Shown: positions 51,639 to 60,336 of the stretch, in pieces
Position numbering within the stretch: position 1 is the first letter of the stretch
Layout of the letters: each line of letters begins with the position of its first letter
Assembly (NCBI GenBank): GCA_036275365.1
Contig: DASUDX010000083.1
Location: forward strand, 18,390 to 82,389
Direction of reading: 5' to 3'
DNA from: Nevskiaceae bacterium
GTDB lineage: Bacteria; Pseudomonadota; Gammaproteobacteria; Nevskiales; Nevskiaceae
Length of the DNA stretch: 64,000 nt
Made by a program: the position numbers and the translations under genes
The notes under the pieces: model-generated
What the model saw: the letters and a program-made list of their open reading frames with translations, nothing else
Told to the model about the DNA's origin: nothing
Database searches by the model: none

Positions 51639-52352
51639 TCACCAGTCCAGCTTGTCGATCATCAGCTTGCCGTGGGCGATCAGCGCCTGCGCCGGCTTGC
51701 CGCGCAGCTCCCCCTGGATCTGCTCGGCCACCGCATACACCCCGGCCACCGCCAGCAGCTCGGCTTCCATGCGCTTGCAGAAGACCCGGGCGCTCTCATC
51801 GCCGCGCGCCCCGGCGATGGCACGGCCGGCCAGCCGCGCATAGACATGCACGCAGCCATCGGCGATCACCTCGGCGCCGGCGCTCACCGCCGCCAGCAGG
51901 ATCAGATCCGAGCCCTCGGCGTAGATCTGCTGTCCGCTGCGCACCGGCTCGGTGACGATGCGGGTGCGCCGTGCCGGAGCCGGCGCGGGCGCCGGGGTCG
52001 GTGCAGCGGGCGCGGCCGGCGCCGGGGCTGGCCCCGGCTTCGCCGCCGCCTCGGACAGCACATCGGCCGGAATCAGCGGCAGCCCGGCCTGGGCGGCGGG
52101 GCCGTCGAGTGCGCCTTCGATGGCCGCCAGCGGGCGGATGCCGTGGCCCCGCAGGGCGCGCAGCAGGGGGCCGAGATCCAGGGCCTGCTCGGCCTCGATC
52201 AGCACCGGCAGGCCCTGGGCGGCCGGGCCCAGCTGGCGGGCCAGATTGGCGACCTGGGCCTCGATCAGACCGGCATCGTCCTCGAGGACGCGGATCCGGG
52301 TGATCGACAGCAGGCGGCCCTTGATCTCCAGGGCAGGCTTGGCTTTGGCCAT
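51639..52352 (-). CDS. minC: Septum site-determining protein MinC
   Basis: 237 aa with an N-terminal domain, Pro/Ala linker and C-terminal beta-helix domain (VRSGQQIYAEGSDLILLAAVSAGAEVIADG). It sits upstream of minDE. Confidence 0.9.
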   Translation of the reverse strand: MAKAKPALEIKGRLLSITRIRVLEDDAGLIEAQVANLARQLGPAAQGLPVLIEAEQALDLGPLLRALRGHGIRPLAAIEGALDGPAAQAGLPLIPADVLSEAAAKPGPAPAPAAPAAPTPAPAPAPARRTRIVTEPVRSGQQIYAEGSDLILLAAVSAGAEVIADGCVHVYARLAGRAIAGARGDESARVFCKRMEAELLAVAGVYAVAEQIQGELRGKPAQALIAHGKLMIDKLDW

Positions 52353-52560
52353 GAGGGGTGGGCTGGGTTTTGCCCAGTGTACCCAGCGCCGGGCGGTGGG
52401 GCAGGCGAACCGGGGTGCGGAGCCGCCCGGCGGCGGGGAAAAGACCCCGGGCCACGCCTCGTAGCTCAGGCCTCACGCCTCACCCCCTGCAAAGAATGGC
52501 CTAGGTTTTGCTGCGGCTTTGCGCTAGCGTTGATCCATAACCAACAAGCTCCGCCCCCGC

Positions 52561-54054
52561 ATGGCGATCGACTGGCGGCAGTACCGCTGCGACTCCTTCT
52601 ACGACGAGCTGTTCGCCGCACCCGGCCAGCCCCGTGCCAGCGCCCGCATGCTGGCGGACTACCTCGATGACCTCAGCCCGGTGGAACTGGGCGAGCGTCG
52701 TCTGGCGGCGGAGCTGGCGATCAAGGTGATGGGGATCAGCTTCACCGTCTACAGCGAGGGCCGCAATGTCGATCGCGCCTGGCCCTTCGACCTGATTCCG
52801 CGAATCATCCCGAAGCGCGAGTGGGAGCGCACCGAGGCCGGCCTCAAGCAGCGCGCCGCCGCGCTCAACCATTTCATCCAGGACATCTACAACGAGCGGC
52901 GCATCATCCGCGACAAGGTCTTTCCCGAAGCCCTGCTCGCCGATTCGGTGAACTTCCGCCCGCAGTGCGTCGGGGTCAAGCCCAAGAACGGCGTGTGGTC
53001 GCACATCTGCGGCTCGGACCTGGTGCGCGACCGCGACGGCACGCTCTATGTGCTGGAGGACAATCTGCGGGTGCCCAGCGGGGTCTCCTACATGGTGGAG
53101 AACCGGCTGGTGATGAAGCGGGTGTTCCCGGAGCTGTTCGAGAACACCACCATCCTGCCGGTGGACGACTACCCGGCCCAGCTCTACGACACCCTGGTCG
53201 GACTCTCGCCGCGGCCGCTGGATGCGCCCAACATCGTCCTGCTCACCCCGGGCATCTACAACAGCGCCTATTTCGAGCACGCCTGGCTGGCCCAGCAGAT
53301 GGGCATCGAGCTGGTCGAGGGCAGCGATCTGTTCGTGGCCGATGACGACTGCTGCTACATGCGCACCATCTACGGGCCGAAGCGGGTGGATGTGATCTAC
53401 CGCCGCATCGATGACCTGTTCCTCGACCCGGAGGTGTTCAACCCGGACTCGGTGCTGGGCGTGAAGGGCCTGATGCGCAGCTGGATCCAGGGCCGGGTGG
53501 GCCTGGCCAACGCACCGGGCGCTGGCGTGGCCGATGACAAGGTGGTCTATGCCTTCGTCCCGGCGATGATCAAGTACTACCTCGGCGAGGACGCCATCCT
53601 GCCCAATGTGCCGAGCTATCTGTGCATGGATGAGCGCCAGCGCGAGCATGTGCTGGCCAACCTCGACCAGCTGGTGGTCAAGCCGGCCAACGAGTCCGGC
53701 GGCTACGGCATGCTGATCGGCCCGCGGGCCAGCCGCGAGGAGCGCGAGGCCTTCCGTGCGCGCATCCTCGCCAACCCGCGCAACTACATGGCGCAGCCGA
53801 CGCTGAGCCTGTCCACCGCCCCCACCCTGATGGAGGACGGCACGGTGGAGCCGCGCCATCTCGATCTGCGCCCCTTCATCCTCTCCCGAGGCGACAACCG
53901 CGACCGCGCCAGCACCTATGTCACCACCGGCGGGCTGACCCGGGTGGCGATGGTGCGCGGCTCGCTGGTGGTGAATTCCTCCCAGGGCGGCGGCGCCAAG
54001 GACACCTGGGTGGTGGATCTCGATGACGGCGGTGCGTCCGCCGGAGGCGCCTGA
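52561..54054 (+). CDS. Circularly permuted type-2 ATP-grasp protein (DUF404/DUF407)
   Basis: 497 aa with FTVYSEG...RAWPFDLIPRII, LYVLEDNLRVPSGVSYM and VVKPANESGGYGMLIGP blocks typical of this family. Its stop overlaps the start of the alpha-E gene. Confidence 0.9.
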   Translation: MAIDWRQYRCDSFYDELFAAPGQPRASARMLADYLDDLSPVELGERRLAAELAIKVMGISFTVYSEGRNVDRAWPFDLIPRIIPKREWERTEAGLKQRAAALNHFIQDIYNERRIIRDKVFPEALLADSVNFRPQCVGVKPKNGVWSHICGSDLVRDRDGTLYVLEDNLRVPSGVSYMVENRLVMKRVFPELFENTTILPVDDYPAQLYDTLVGLSPRPLDAPNIVLLTPGIYNSAYFEHAWLAQQMGIELVEGSDLFVADDDCCYMRTIYGPKRVDVIYRRIDDLFLDPEVFNPDSVLGVKGLMRSWIQGRVGLANAPGAGVADDKVVYAFVPAMIKYYLGEDAILPNVPSYLCMDERQREHVLANLDQLVVKPANESGGYGMLIGPRASREEREAFRARILANPRNYMAQPTLSLSTAPTLMEDGTVEPRHLDLRPFILSRGDNRDRASTYVTTGGLTRVAMVRGSLVVNSSQGGGAKDTWVVDLDDGGASAGGA

Positions 54055-54983
54055 TGCTCTCCCGGGTTGCCGACAACCTCTACTGGTTCGGCCGCTATCT
54101 GCAGCGCGCCGAGAACACCGCGCGGCTGGTCAATGTCCACGCCAATCTGCTGCTCGACCTGCCGCGGCCGCTGTCGCTGGGCTGGGGTCCGCTGGTGGAG
54201 ATCGTCGGCGCCGATCCGCTCTACCACCAGCACTATCCGGCCTATGACGAGGCGAGCGTGGTGCGCTTCCTGATGCTGGATGCGCGCAACCCGGGCTCGA
54301 TCCTGTCCTCGCTGCACACCGCGCGCGAGATCCTGCGCACGGTGCGCGACAGCGCCCCGCGCGAGGTCTGGGAGCGGCTCAACGACCTGCACTGGTTCGT
54401 CCAGGAGCACGGCGAGCGCGCCATCACCCGCAGCAGCCGCCAGCAGTTCCTGCAGCGGGTGATCGACGGCACGATGCTGGTCTACGGCGTGCTGACCTCC
54501 AACATGAGCCGCGATGTCGGCTTCCAGTTCCTGCGCATCGGCACCAATCTCGAGCAGGCGGACATGACCACCCGCATCCTCGATGTGCGCAGCACCTCGC
54601 TGATCGAGGCCAACACCCGGGTCGATCTCGCGCCGTTCCAGAACATCCAGTGGATGAGCGTGCTGCGCAGCCTCACCGCCTATCAGATGTACCGCCGCCA
54701 TGTGCGCCAGCGGGTCACCGGCTCGCATGTGCTGCGCTTCCTGCTGCAGAACCGCGAGTTTCCGCGCAGCGTCACCTTCTGCCTCGGCATGATCGGCTCC
54801 ACCCTGCCCCATCTGCCGCAGCACCGCAGCGTCGAGCGCACGCTGTGGCGGGTGCGCGCCTATGTGGCCGACGCCAACATCGACAAGCTGCTCGAAGCCG
54901 GGCTGCATCAGCTGATCGACGACATCCAGATCAGCCTCAACGAGCTGCACGAGGCGCTCAGCCAGGCCTACTTCCGGGTCTGA
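54054..54983 (+). CDS. Alpha-E domain protein (DUF403)
   Basis: 309 aa with the N-terminal MLSRVADNLYWFGRYLQRAENTARL signature of alpha-E domain proteins. Translationally coupled (ATGA) to the ATP-grasp gene. Confidence 0.9.
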   Translation: MLSRVADNLYWFGRYLQRAENTARLVNVHANLLLDLPRPLSLGWGPLVEIVGADPLYHQHYPAYDEASVVRFLMLDARNPGSILSSLHTAREILRTVRDSAPREVWERLNDLHWFVQEHGERAITRSSRQQFLQRVIDGTMLVYGVLTSNMSRDVGFQFLRIGTNLEQADMTTRILDVRSTSLIEANTRVDLAPFQNIQWMSVLRSLTAYQMYRRHVRQRVTGSHVLRFLLQNREFPRSVTFCLGMIGSTLPHLPQHRSVERTLWRVRAYVADANIDKLLEAGLHQLIDDIQISLNELHEALSQAYFRV

Positions 54984-55052
54984 GCGCGAGCGCGGTCCGG
55001 CCCGCCACGGCGCGGCGCTGTCCTCTCGCTGTGTCAGCGGAGGGCGTGCTTA

Positions 55053-55081
55053 TTTGCCTATTTCACCTTCAGTGTTATAGG
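55053..55081 (+). promoter_or_regulatory. Candidate sigma70-type promoter for the HNH gene
   Basis: TTTGCC (55053-55058), 17-nt spacer, TGT-TATAGG (extended -10-like, hexamer 55076-55081). It sits in the only markedly AT-rich stretch of this intergenic region, ~125 nt upstream of the ATG. The match to consensus is moderate. Confidence 0.25.
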
Positions 55082-55208
55082 TTTCATCACATCGCTGTCT
55101 TGAAGCGGCCACGAACTCCGGGCACAGTCCGGAGGCTTTCAACGACTTGGCTGGGAATGCTCAGCCCTTTTCTGACGAGGACCCTGCAACACCCCGACCG
55201 GGCAGCCC

Positions 55209-55772
55209 ATGATTCCCTCGATCCTCAAGCTCGATGCCGGCGGTCAGCCGGTGGCCTGGATCCGCTGGCAGACCGCGGCGACGCTCTACGCGCGCCGTCG
55301 GGTGTGCTGGGAGGCGGGTGCGGAGCGCTTCGAGGTGCAGGGCGGGCTGAGCAGCCTCACCGGAGAGCGCTCGCGGCTGGCGATCGGCTCGATCATCGCG
55401 GTGGCCGACCGTTCGCGGCGCTACGCGGGTGGGGCGCCGATGCTCACCAACCGCACCCTGTTCCAGCGCGACCGCAATCTCTGCCTGTACTGCGGTCTGC
55501 AGTTCAACCCCAATGAGCTGACCCGCGACCATGTGCTGCCGGCCTCGCGCGGCGGTGAAAGCGTGTGGGAGAACTGCGTGACCGCCTGCGAGCGCTGCAA
55601 CCACCGCAAGGCCGACCGCACGCCCGAGGAGGCCAACATGAAGCTGCTGGCCGTGCCCTACACGCCGAATCTGGCCGAGTACCTGATCCTCTCCAACCGC
55701 CGCATCCTCGCCGACCAGATGCAGTTCCTGCTCTCCTACGCGGGACGCAAGGCGCGGCTGCGCTACGGCTGA
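55209..55772 (+). CDS. HNH endonuclease with ~90-aa N-terminal domain of unknown function
   Basis: 187 aa. HNH core CLYCGLQFNPNELTRDHVLPASRGGESVWENCVTACERCNHRKADR (CxxC...DH...N...CxxCN). Confidence 0.85.
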   Translation: MIPSILKLDAGGQPVAWIRWQTAATLYARRRVCWEAGAERFEVQGGLSSLTGERSRLAIGSIIAVADRSRRYAGGAPMLTNRTLFQRDRNLCLYCGLQFNPNELTRDHVLPASRGGESVWENCVTACERCNHRKADRTPEEANMKLLAVPYTPNLAEYLILSNRRILADQMQFLLSYAGRKARLRYG

Positions 55773-55900
55773 ACGGCGGCGCCCGCCGCCGCACGGTCCT
55801 CTCCAAGCGCCGCATCCTCGCCGACCAGATGCCGTGCCTGCTCTCCTGCGCGGGACGCAAGGCGCGGCTGCGCTACGGCTGAACGGCGGCGCCCGCCGCC
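55687..55900 (+). repeat. Tandem duplication (two 104-nt units, 110-bp period) of the HNH gene 3' end plus 18 nt downstream
   Basis: Unit 1 is 55687-55790 (last 28 codons, TGA and 18 nt). Unit 2 is 55797-55900. The spacer is GCACGG. I count 4 mismatches in 104 nt by eye (c/g, a/c, t/g, a/g). Confidence 0.9.
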
Positions 55901-55920
55901 ATCGCCAGAGCCATCGCCAA

Positions 55921-55951
55921 CCCCCACCGCGGCCCGGGGCCGCGGTGGGGG
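55921..55951. terminator. 31-nt GC-rich palindrome between convergent HNH and dcp genes (bidirectional terminator candidate)
   Basis: CCCCCACCGCGGCCC-g-GGGCCGCGGTGGGGG, 7 nt beyond the dcp stop (55959-55961). No good U-tract on either strand. Confidence 0.45.
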
Positions 55952-55958
55952 CGAGGGC

Positions 55959-58112
55959 TTACTTCAGACCGCGCCGCTCCAGCAGCGGCTCGATGCTCGG
56001 CTCGCGGCCGCGGAAGCTCTTGAACAGCGTCATCGCATCGACGCTGCCGCCGCGCGAGAGCAGACGCTCGCGGAACCACTGGCCGTTGGGACGGGTGAAG
56101 CCGCCGTTCTCCTTGAACCACTGCACCGACTCGGCGTCCAGCACCTCGCTCCAGATGTAGGCGTAGTACCCGGCCGAGTAGCCGCCGGCGAAGATGTGCG
56201 AGAAGTAGGTGCTGCGATAGCGCGGCGGCACCAGGGCGTAGTCCACGCCGGCCTTCTTCAGCGCGGCCGCCTCGAAGGCCAGCGCATCCTCGATCACCGT
56301 GCCCGGGGCGATCTGGTGCCAGGCCTGGTCCAGCAGGGCCGCGGCCAGATACTCGGTGGTGGCGAAGCCCTGGTTGAACTGGTCAGCCGCCAGCACCTTG
56401 TCGACCAGCGCCTGCGGCATCGGCGCGCCGGTCTGGTAGTGCTTGGCGTAGTTGGCCAGCACCTGCGGCCACAGCGTCCACATCTCGTGCACCTGCGAGG
56501 GGTACTCGACGAAATCCCGCGGCACGCTGGTGCCGGAGAACTGCGGGTAGCGCACATTGGAGAACAGGCCGTGCACCGCATGGCCGAACTCGTGGAACAG
56601 GGTGTTGGCCTCGTCGAAGGTCAGCAGCACCGGCTCGCCGGCAGGCGGCTTGGGGATGTTCAGGTGATTGCCCACCACCGGCTGGTTGCCGGTGAGCGCG
56701 GACTGGTCCACATAGCTGTTCATCCAGGCGCCGCCGCGCTTGCTCGGACGGGCGAAGGGATCGAACAGGAACAGACCCAGGGTGCGGCCATCGTCCTCGA
56801 AGACTTCGAACACCCGCACATCCGGGTGGTAGACGGGCAGGTCCGGACGCTCCTTGAAGCTCAGGCCGTAGAGGCCCTTGGCCATGAAGAAGGCGCCATC
56901 CACCAGCACCCGGTTGAGCTCGAAGTAGGGCCGCAGCTGGCTCTCGTCATAGGCATAGCGCTGGGCGCGCACCTTCTCGGCGTAGTAGGCCCAGTCCCAG
57001 GGCTGCAGGGTGGCGCCCTTGAGATCGCGCGAGAGCAGCTTCTGCATGTCCGCCGCCTCGCGCCGGGCATTGGCCACCGCCGCCGGCGCCAGCCGGGCCA
57101 GCAGGCTGTTGACCGCCTCCGGCGTGCGCGCGGTCTGATCCTCCAGGCCATAGGCGGCGTGGGTGGGATAGCCGAGCAGGGCGGCGCGCTGGGCCCGCAG
57201 CTGGGCGATCTCGATGATCAGCGCGCGGTTGTCGAACTCGCCGCCGCGGCTGCCGCGGCCGATCGAGGCCTCGTAGAGCCGCTGGCGCAGTGCGCGGTTC
57301 TTCAGGCTGGCCAGCGGCGGCTGGCCGCTGGTGTTCTGCAGCGCCAGCAGATAGCCGGTCTTGCCGGCGGCCTTGGCGGCTTCGGCCGCCGCCGCGATGG
57401 CGTTGTCGGAGAGCCCCTCCAGCTCGGCACGATCGCTCACCAGCACGGCCGAGGCGTTGACCTCCTTGAGCACGTTCTGCTGGAAGCGGGTGGTCAGCGT
57501 CGACAGCTTGAGATTGAGCGCCTTGAGCTGTTCCTTCTGCGCCGCATCCAGGCGGGCGCCGGCGCGCACGAAGTTCTCGTGGCTGCGCTCGACCAGCCGC
57601 AGCGTCTCGGCATCCAGACCCAGGCTGGCGCGCTGCTCATAGATCGCCTTGACCCGCGCGTAGAGCAGCGGATCCAGACCGATGCGATCGCCGTGGGCGG
57701 AGAGCAGCGGCGCCACCGTTGCCTGGATCTGCTCCAGCTCCGGGTTGGTGTGGGCGCCGGTGAGGTTGAAGAACACGCTCGCCACCCGGTCCAGCAGCGC
57801 GCCGCTCTTCTGCAGCGGGATCAGGGTGTTGTCCACCGTCGGCGCGGCGCTCTGGCCGGTGATGGCGGCGACTTCGCGCAGCTGCTCGGCCATCCCGGCC
57901 TCGAACGCCGGCAGGAAGTGCTCCGGGCGGATCTGGTCGAACGGCGGCAGCTGGTAGGGCAGCCGGCTGGGCTGGGCAAACGGATTGCCGGCCAGCGGAT
58001 CACGGCTGGGTGCGGCGGTGGCCGCGGTCTCGGGCGCCGTGCCCGGGGTGGCGCAGGCAGCCGCCGACAGCGCGAGGCAGCAGCCCAGCGACAGGCGAAG
58101 AAGAGGCGTCAT
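55959..58112 (-). CDS. dcp: Peptidyl-dipeptidase Dcp (M3 family), exported/lipoprotein
   Basis: 717 aa. Signal with LSAAAC. Zinc motif FHEFGHAVHG. M3-type C-terminal blocks are present (GGYSAGYYAYIWSEVLD). Confidence 0.9.
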   Translation of the reverse strand: MTPLLRLSLGCCLALSAAACATPGTAPETAATAAPSRDPLAGNPFAQPSRLPYQLPPFDQIRPEHFLPAFEAGMAEQLREVAAITGQSAAPTVDNTLIPLQKSGALLDRVASVFFNLTGAHTNPELEQIQATVAPLLSAHGDRIGLDPLLYARVKAIYEQRASLGLDAETLRLVERSHENFVRAGARLDAAQKEQLKALNLKLSTLTTRFQQNVLKEVNASAVLVSDRAELEGLSDNAIAAAAEAAKAAGKTGYLLALQNTSGQPPLASLKNRALRQRLYEASIGRGSRGGEFDNRALIIEIAQLRAQRAALLGYPTHAAYGLEDQTARTPEAVNSLLARLAPAAVANARREAADMQKLLSRDLKGATLQPWDWAYYAEKVRAQRYAYDESQLRPYFELNRVLVDGAFFMAKGLYGLSFKERPDLPVYHPDVRVFEVFEDDGRTLGLFLFDPFARPSKRGGAWMNSYVDQSALTGNQPVVGNHLNIPKPPAGEPVLLTFDEANTLFHEFGHAVHGLFSNVRYPQFSGTSVPRDFVEYPSQVHEMWTLWPQVLANYAKHYQTGAPMPQALVDKVLAADQFNQGFATTEYLAAALLDQAWHQIAPGTVIEDALAFEAAALKKAGVDYALVPPRYRSTYFSHIFAGGYSAGYYAYIWSEVLDAESVQWFKENGGFTRPNGQWFRERLLSRGGSVDAMTLFKSFRGREPSIEPLLERRGLK

Positions 58113-58130
58113 GGGATTCCCTTGTTGGTG

Positions 58131-58156
58131 AAGAACCGGCGGATGGTCCCGCCGGG
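58131..58156 (-). terminator. Possible intrinsic terminator after the S-formylglutathione hydrolase gene
   Basis: On the minus strand: CCGGCGG-GACCAT-CCGCCGG followed by TTCTT. The stem is 7 bp. It lies ~45 nt downstream of the stop at 58202. Confidence 0.35.
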
Positions 58157-58201
58157 GCGTTTCCTCGGATGCCTGGCGGCAGGCGAGGGTTTGGATCGAC
58201 C

Positions 58202-59053
58202 TCAGCTGCGTTTGCCGAGTTCGCGGGCGTGATGGCGCAGATGATCGGCGATCACGCTCTGGATGAACCAGTAGCTGTGGTCATAACCGGCATGGCGGCG
58301 CAGCTGCAGGGTCTGCCCGCTGGCCGCGGCGGCCGCCTCGAGCGCCTCCGGCTGCAGCTCGCGTTCGAGAAAGGCATCGGCCAGGCCCTGGTCAACCAGC
58401 AGCGGCCCCGGATAGGGGCGACGGCGCATCAGCAGGCTGGCATCCCACTCGGCCCAGCGGCGGCGGTCCTCGCCCAGATAGCGGGTAAAGGCCTTCTGCC
58501 CCCAGGGCACCGCCACCGGGTTGGCGATCGGCGCCAGCGCCGAGACCGAGTGCCAGCGCGCCGGATCGCGCAGGGCGGTCACCAGCGCGCCATGGCCGCC
58601 CATGGAGTGGCCGAAGATGCCGCGCACATCGCGGCGCGCCGGGAAGTGCTGCTCGATCAGCGCCGGCAGCTCCTCGGCGATGTAGTGACCCATCCGGTAA
58701 TGCGGCGCCCAGGGCGCCTCGGTGGCGTCGAGATAGAAGCCGGCGGCCAGGCCAAAGTCCCAGTGCTCGGCCTCGCCCGGCAGGTTCAGCCCGCGCGGGC
58801 TGGTGTCGCAGGCCACCAGCATCAGGCCGAGTTCTGCGGCGGTGCGCTGGGCCCCGGCCTTGATCAGGAAGGTCTCCTCGGTGCAGGTCAGCCCGGCCAG
58901 GAAGTAGAGCGCCGGCACCGGCCCATCGGCGGCCTGCGGCGGCAGGTAGAGGCCGAAGCGCATCTCGGTGCCGGTGCTCCCGCTGGCATGGCTGTAGAAC
59001 GCCTGGGTGCCGCCGAAGCAGGCGTGCTGGCTGCGCAGGGTCGGCGCGTTCAT
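58202..59053 (-). CDS. fghA: S-formylglutathione hydrolase (esterase D family)
   Basis: 283 aa with YFLAGLTCTEETF, nucleophile elbow GHSMGGHGA and a C-terminal GYDHSYWFI block, characteristic of FrmB/FghA. Confidence 0.9.
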   Translation of the reverse strand: MNAPTLRSQHACFGGTQAFYSHASGSTGTEMRFGLYLPPQAADGPVPALYFLAGLTCTEETFLIKAGAQRTAAELGLMLVACDTSPRGLNLPGEAEHWDFGLAAGFYLDATEAPWAPHYRMGHYIAEELPALIEQHFPARRDVRGIFGHSMGGHGALVTALRDPARWHSVSALAPIANPVAVPWGQKAFTRYLGEDRRRWAEWDASLLMRRRPYPGPLLVDQGLADAFLERELQPEALEAAAAASGQTLQLRRHAGYDHSYWFIQSVIADHLRHHARELGKRS

Positions 59054-59157
59054 GCGGACATCCGGTGGAGCGGGAGCCCGGAGTGTAGGCCGCCACGCCG
59101 CGCGCAGGGCGCCAATGCCGGCGCTAGGCTGTTGGACCGATCCCCACCGGCGTCCCG

Positions 59158-60264
59158 ATGCGCTGGCCTGCCTGCTGCCTCGTTCTCCTTGTCCTGCTGC
59201 TGGCCGGCTGCGGTGGGCCCTCGCGCGGGCCCGATCCGCAGGTGGTGGCGGCGCTGGCGCGCGGGGTCAACCTGGCGCTGTGGCCGCCGGATGGCCCGGT
59301 GGACGCGGTCCATGCCAGCCACTTCGTCACCGACGCGGCGGATCTCGCGCGGATCCGCGCGCTCGGCCTGCGCCATGTGCGGGTCAGCCTCGATCCGCGC
59401 TGGCTCGCCGATGCCCAGCTGCGCCCGCGCGAGGTCCGCGTCCAGCGCCTGCAGCAGGAGCTGGCGCGGGTGCGCGCCAGCGGCCTGTTCATCGTGCTCG
59501 CGCTGCAGCCGGACAGTGCCTACAAGCAGCAGCTGGGCCGCGACGACGCCCTGCTCGCCGCCACCGCCCGGCTCTGGCAGGACATCGCCGGCCGGCTCGA
59601 GGACTTCGGTCCGCGCGAGATCGCCTACGAGCTGCTCAACGAGCCGGAGATCGAGGACCCGCGACGGGTCCACCAGCTGATGGAGACCCTGCGCCAGGCC
59701 CTGCGCGAGGTGCGCCCGCGCCACAGCCTGGTGGTGGCCGGGCCCGGCTACTCGGATCCCGAGCAGCTGCTGCGGCTGCCGGCCTTCGAGGACCCCAATC
59801 TGATCTACGGCTTCCACTTCTACGCGCCGAAGAACTTCACCCACCAGGGCGCGCCCTACGGCTGGCCGGTGTGGGCGCGCCTGCACGACCTGCCCTACCC
59901 CGCCAGCCCGGACGCGGTGGCGGCGCTGGCGGCCAGCGAGGCCGAGGAGCTGGCCGGGCATATCCGCTGGTATGGCGAGGAACGCTGGAACCGCGAGCGG
60001 CTGGCGGCCAGCCTCGCCCCGCTGCAGGCCTGGGCGCGCGAGCACGGGCGGGTGCTCTGGTGCAGCGAGTTCGGCGTCTATCGCTACGCGGTGCGGGCCG
60101 GACATCGCGAGGCCTGGCTCGCCGATGTGCGCGGCCTGCTGGAGGCCGCGGGCATCGGCTGGACCCACTGGGACTACGCCGGCTACTTCGGTCTGGTGCG
60201 CGGCGAACCGGGCGCCCGCCGGCTCGACGAAGGTGCGCTGCGCGCGCTCGGCCTGACGCCCTAG
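59158..60264 (+). CDS. Glycoside hydrolase family 5 (cellulase-like) lipoprotein
   Basis: Lipobox LLLAGC. GH5-type acid/base motif YELLNEPE and nucleophile region LWCSEFG. FHFYAP block is present. Confidence 0.8.
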   Translation: MRWPACCLVLLVLLLAGCGGPSRGPDPQVVAALARGVNLALWPPDGPVDAVHASHFVTDAADLARIRALGLRHVRVSLDPRWLADAQLRPREVRVQRLQQELARVRASGLFIVLALQPDSAYKQQLGRDDALLAATARLWQDIAGRLEDFGPREIAYELLNEPEIEDPRRVHQLMETLRQALREVRPRHSLVVAGPGYSDPEQLLRLPAFEDPNLIYGFHFYAPKNFTHQGAPYGWPVWARLHDLPYPASPDAVAALAASEAEELAGHIRWYGEERWNRERLAASLAPLQAWAREHGRVLWCSEFGVYRYAVRAGHREAWLADVRGLLEAAGIGWTHWDYAGYFGLVRGEPGARRLDEGALRALGLTP

Positions 60265-60336
60265 ACCCGCACCCTGGACCCGCGCCGTCAACGCACGCCC
60301 GGGATCCGCGCCGTCAACCCGCGCCCCCGCCCCGCC

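Noticed and set aside
56196-58232. 678-aa plus-strand ORF
   Set aside because: Antisense to dcp (HEFGH zinc motif, signal peptide).
60279-60318. Direct repeat CCGCGCCGTCAAC x2 (26-bp spacing) between the convergent GH5 and arsS genes
   Set aside because: It is short and GC-rich, lies in a 72-bp convergent spacer with no associated ORF or hairpin, and seems too small to distinguish from chance or slippage.
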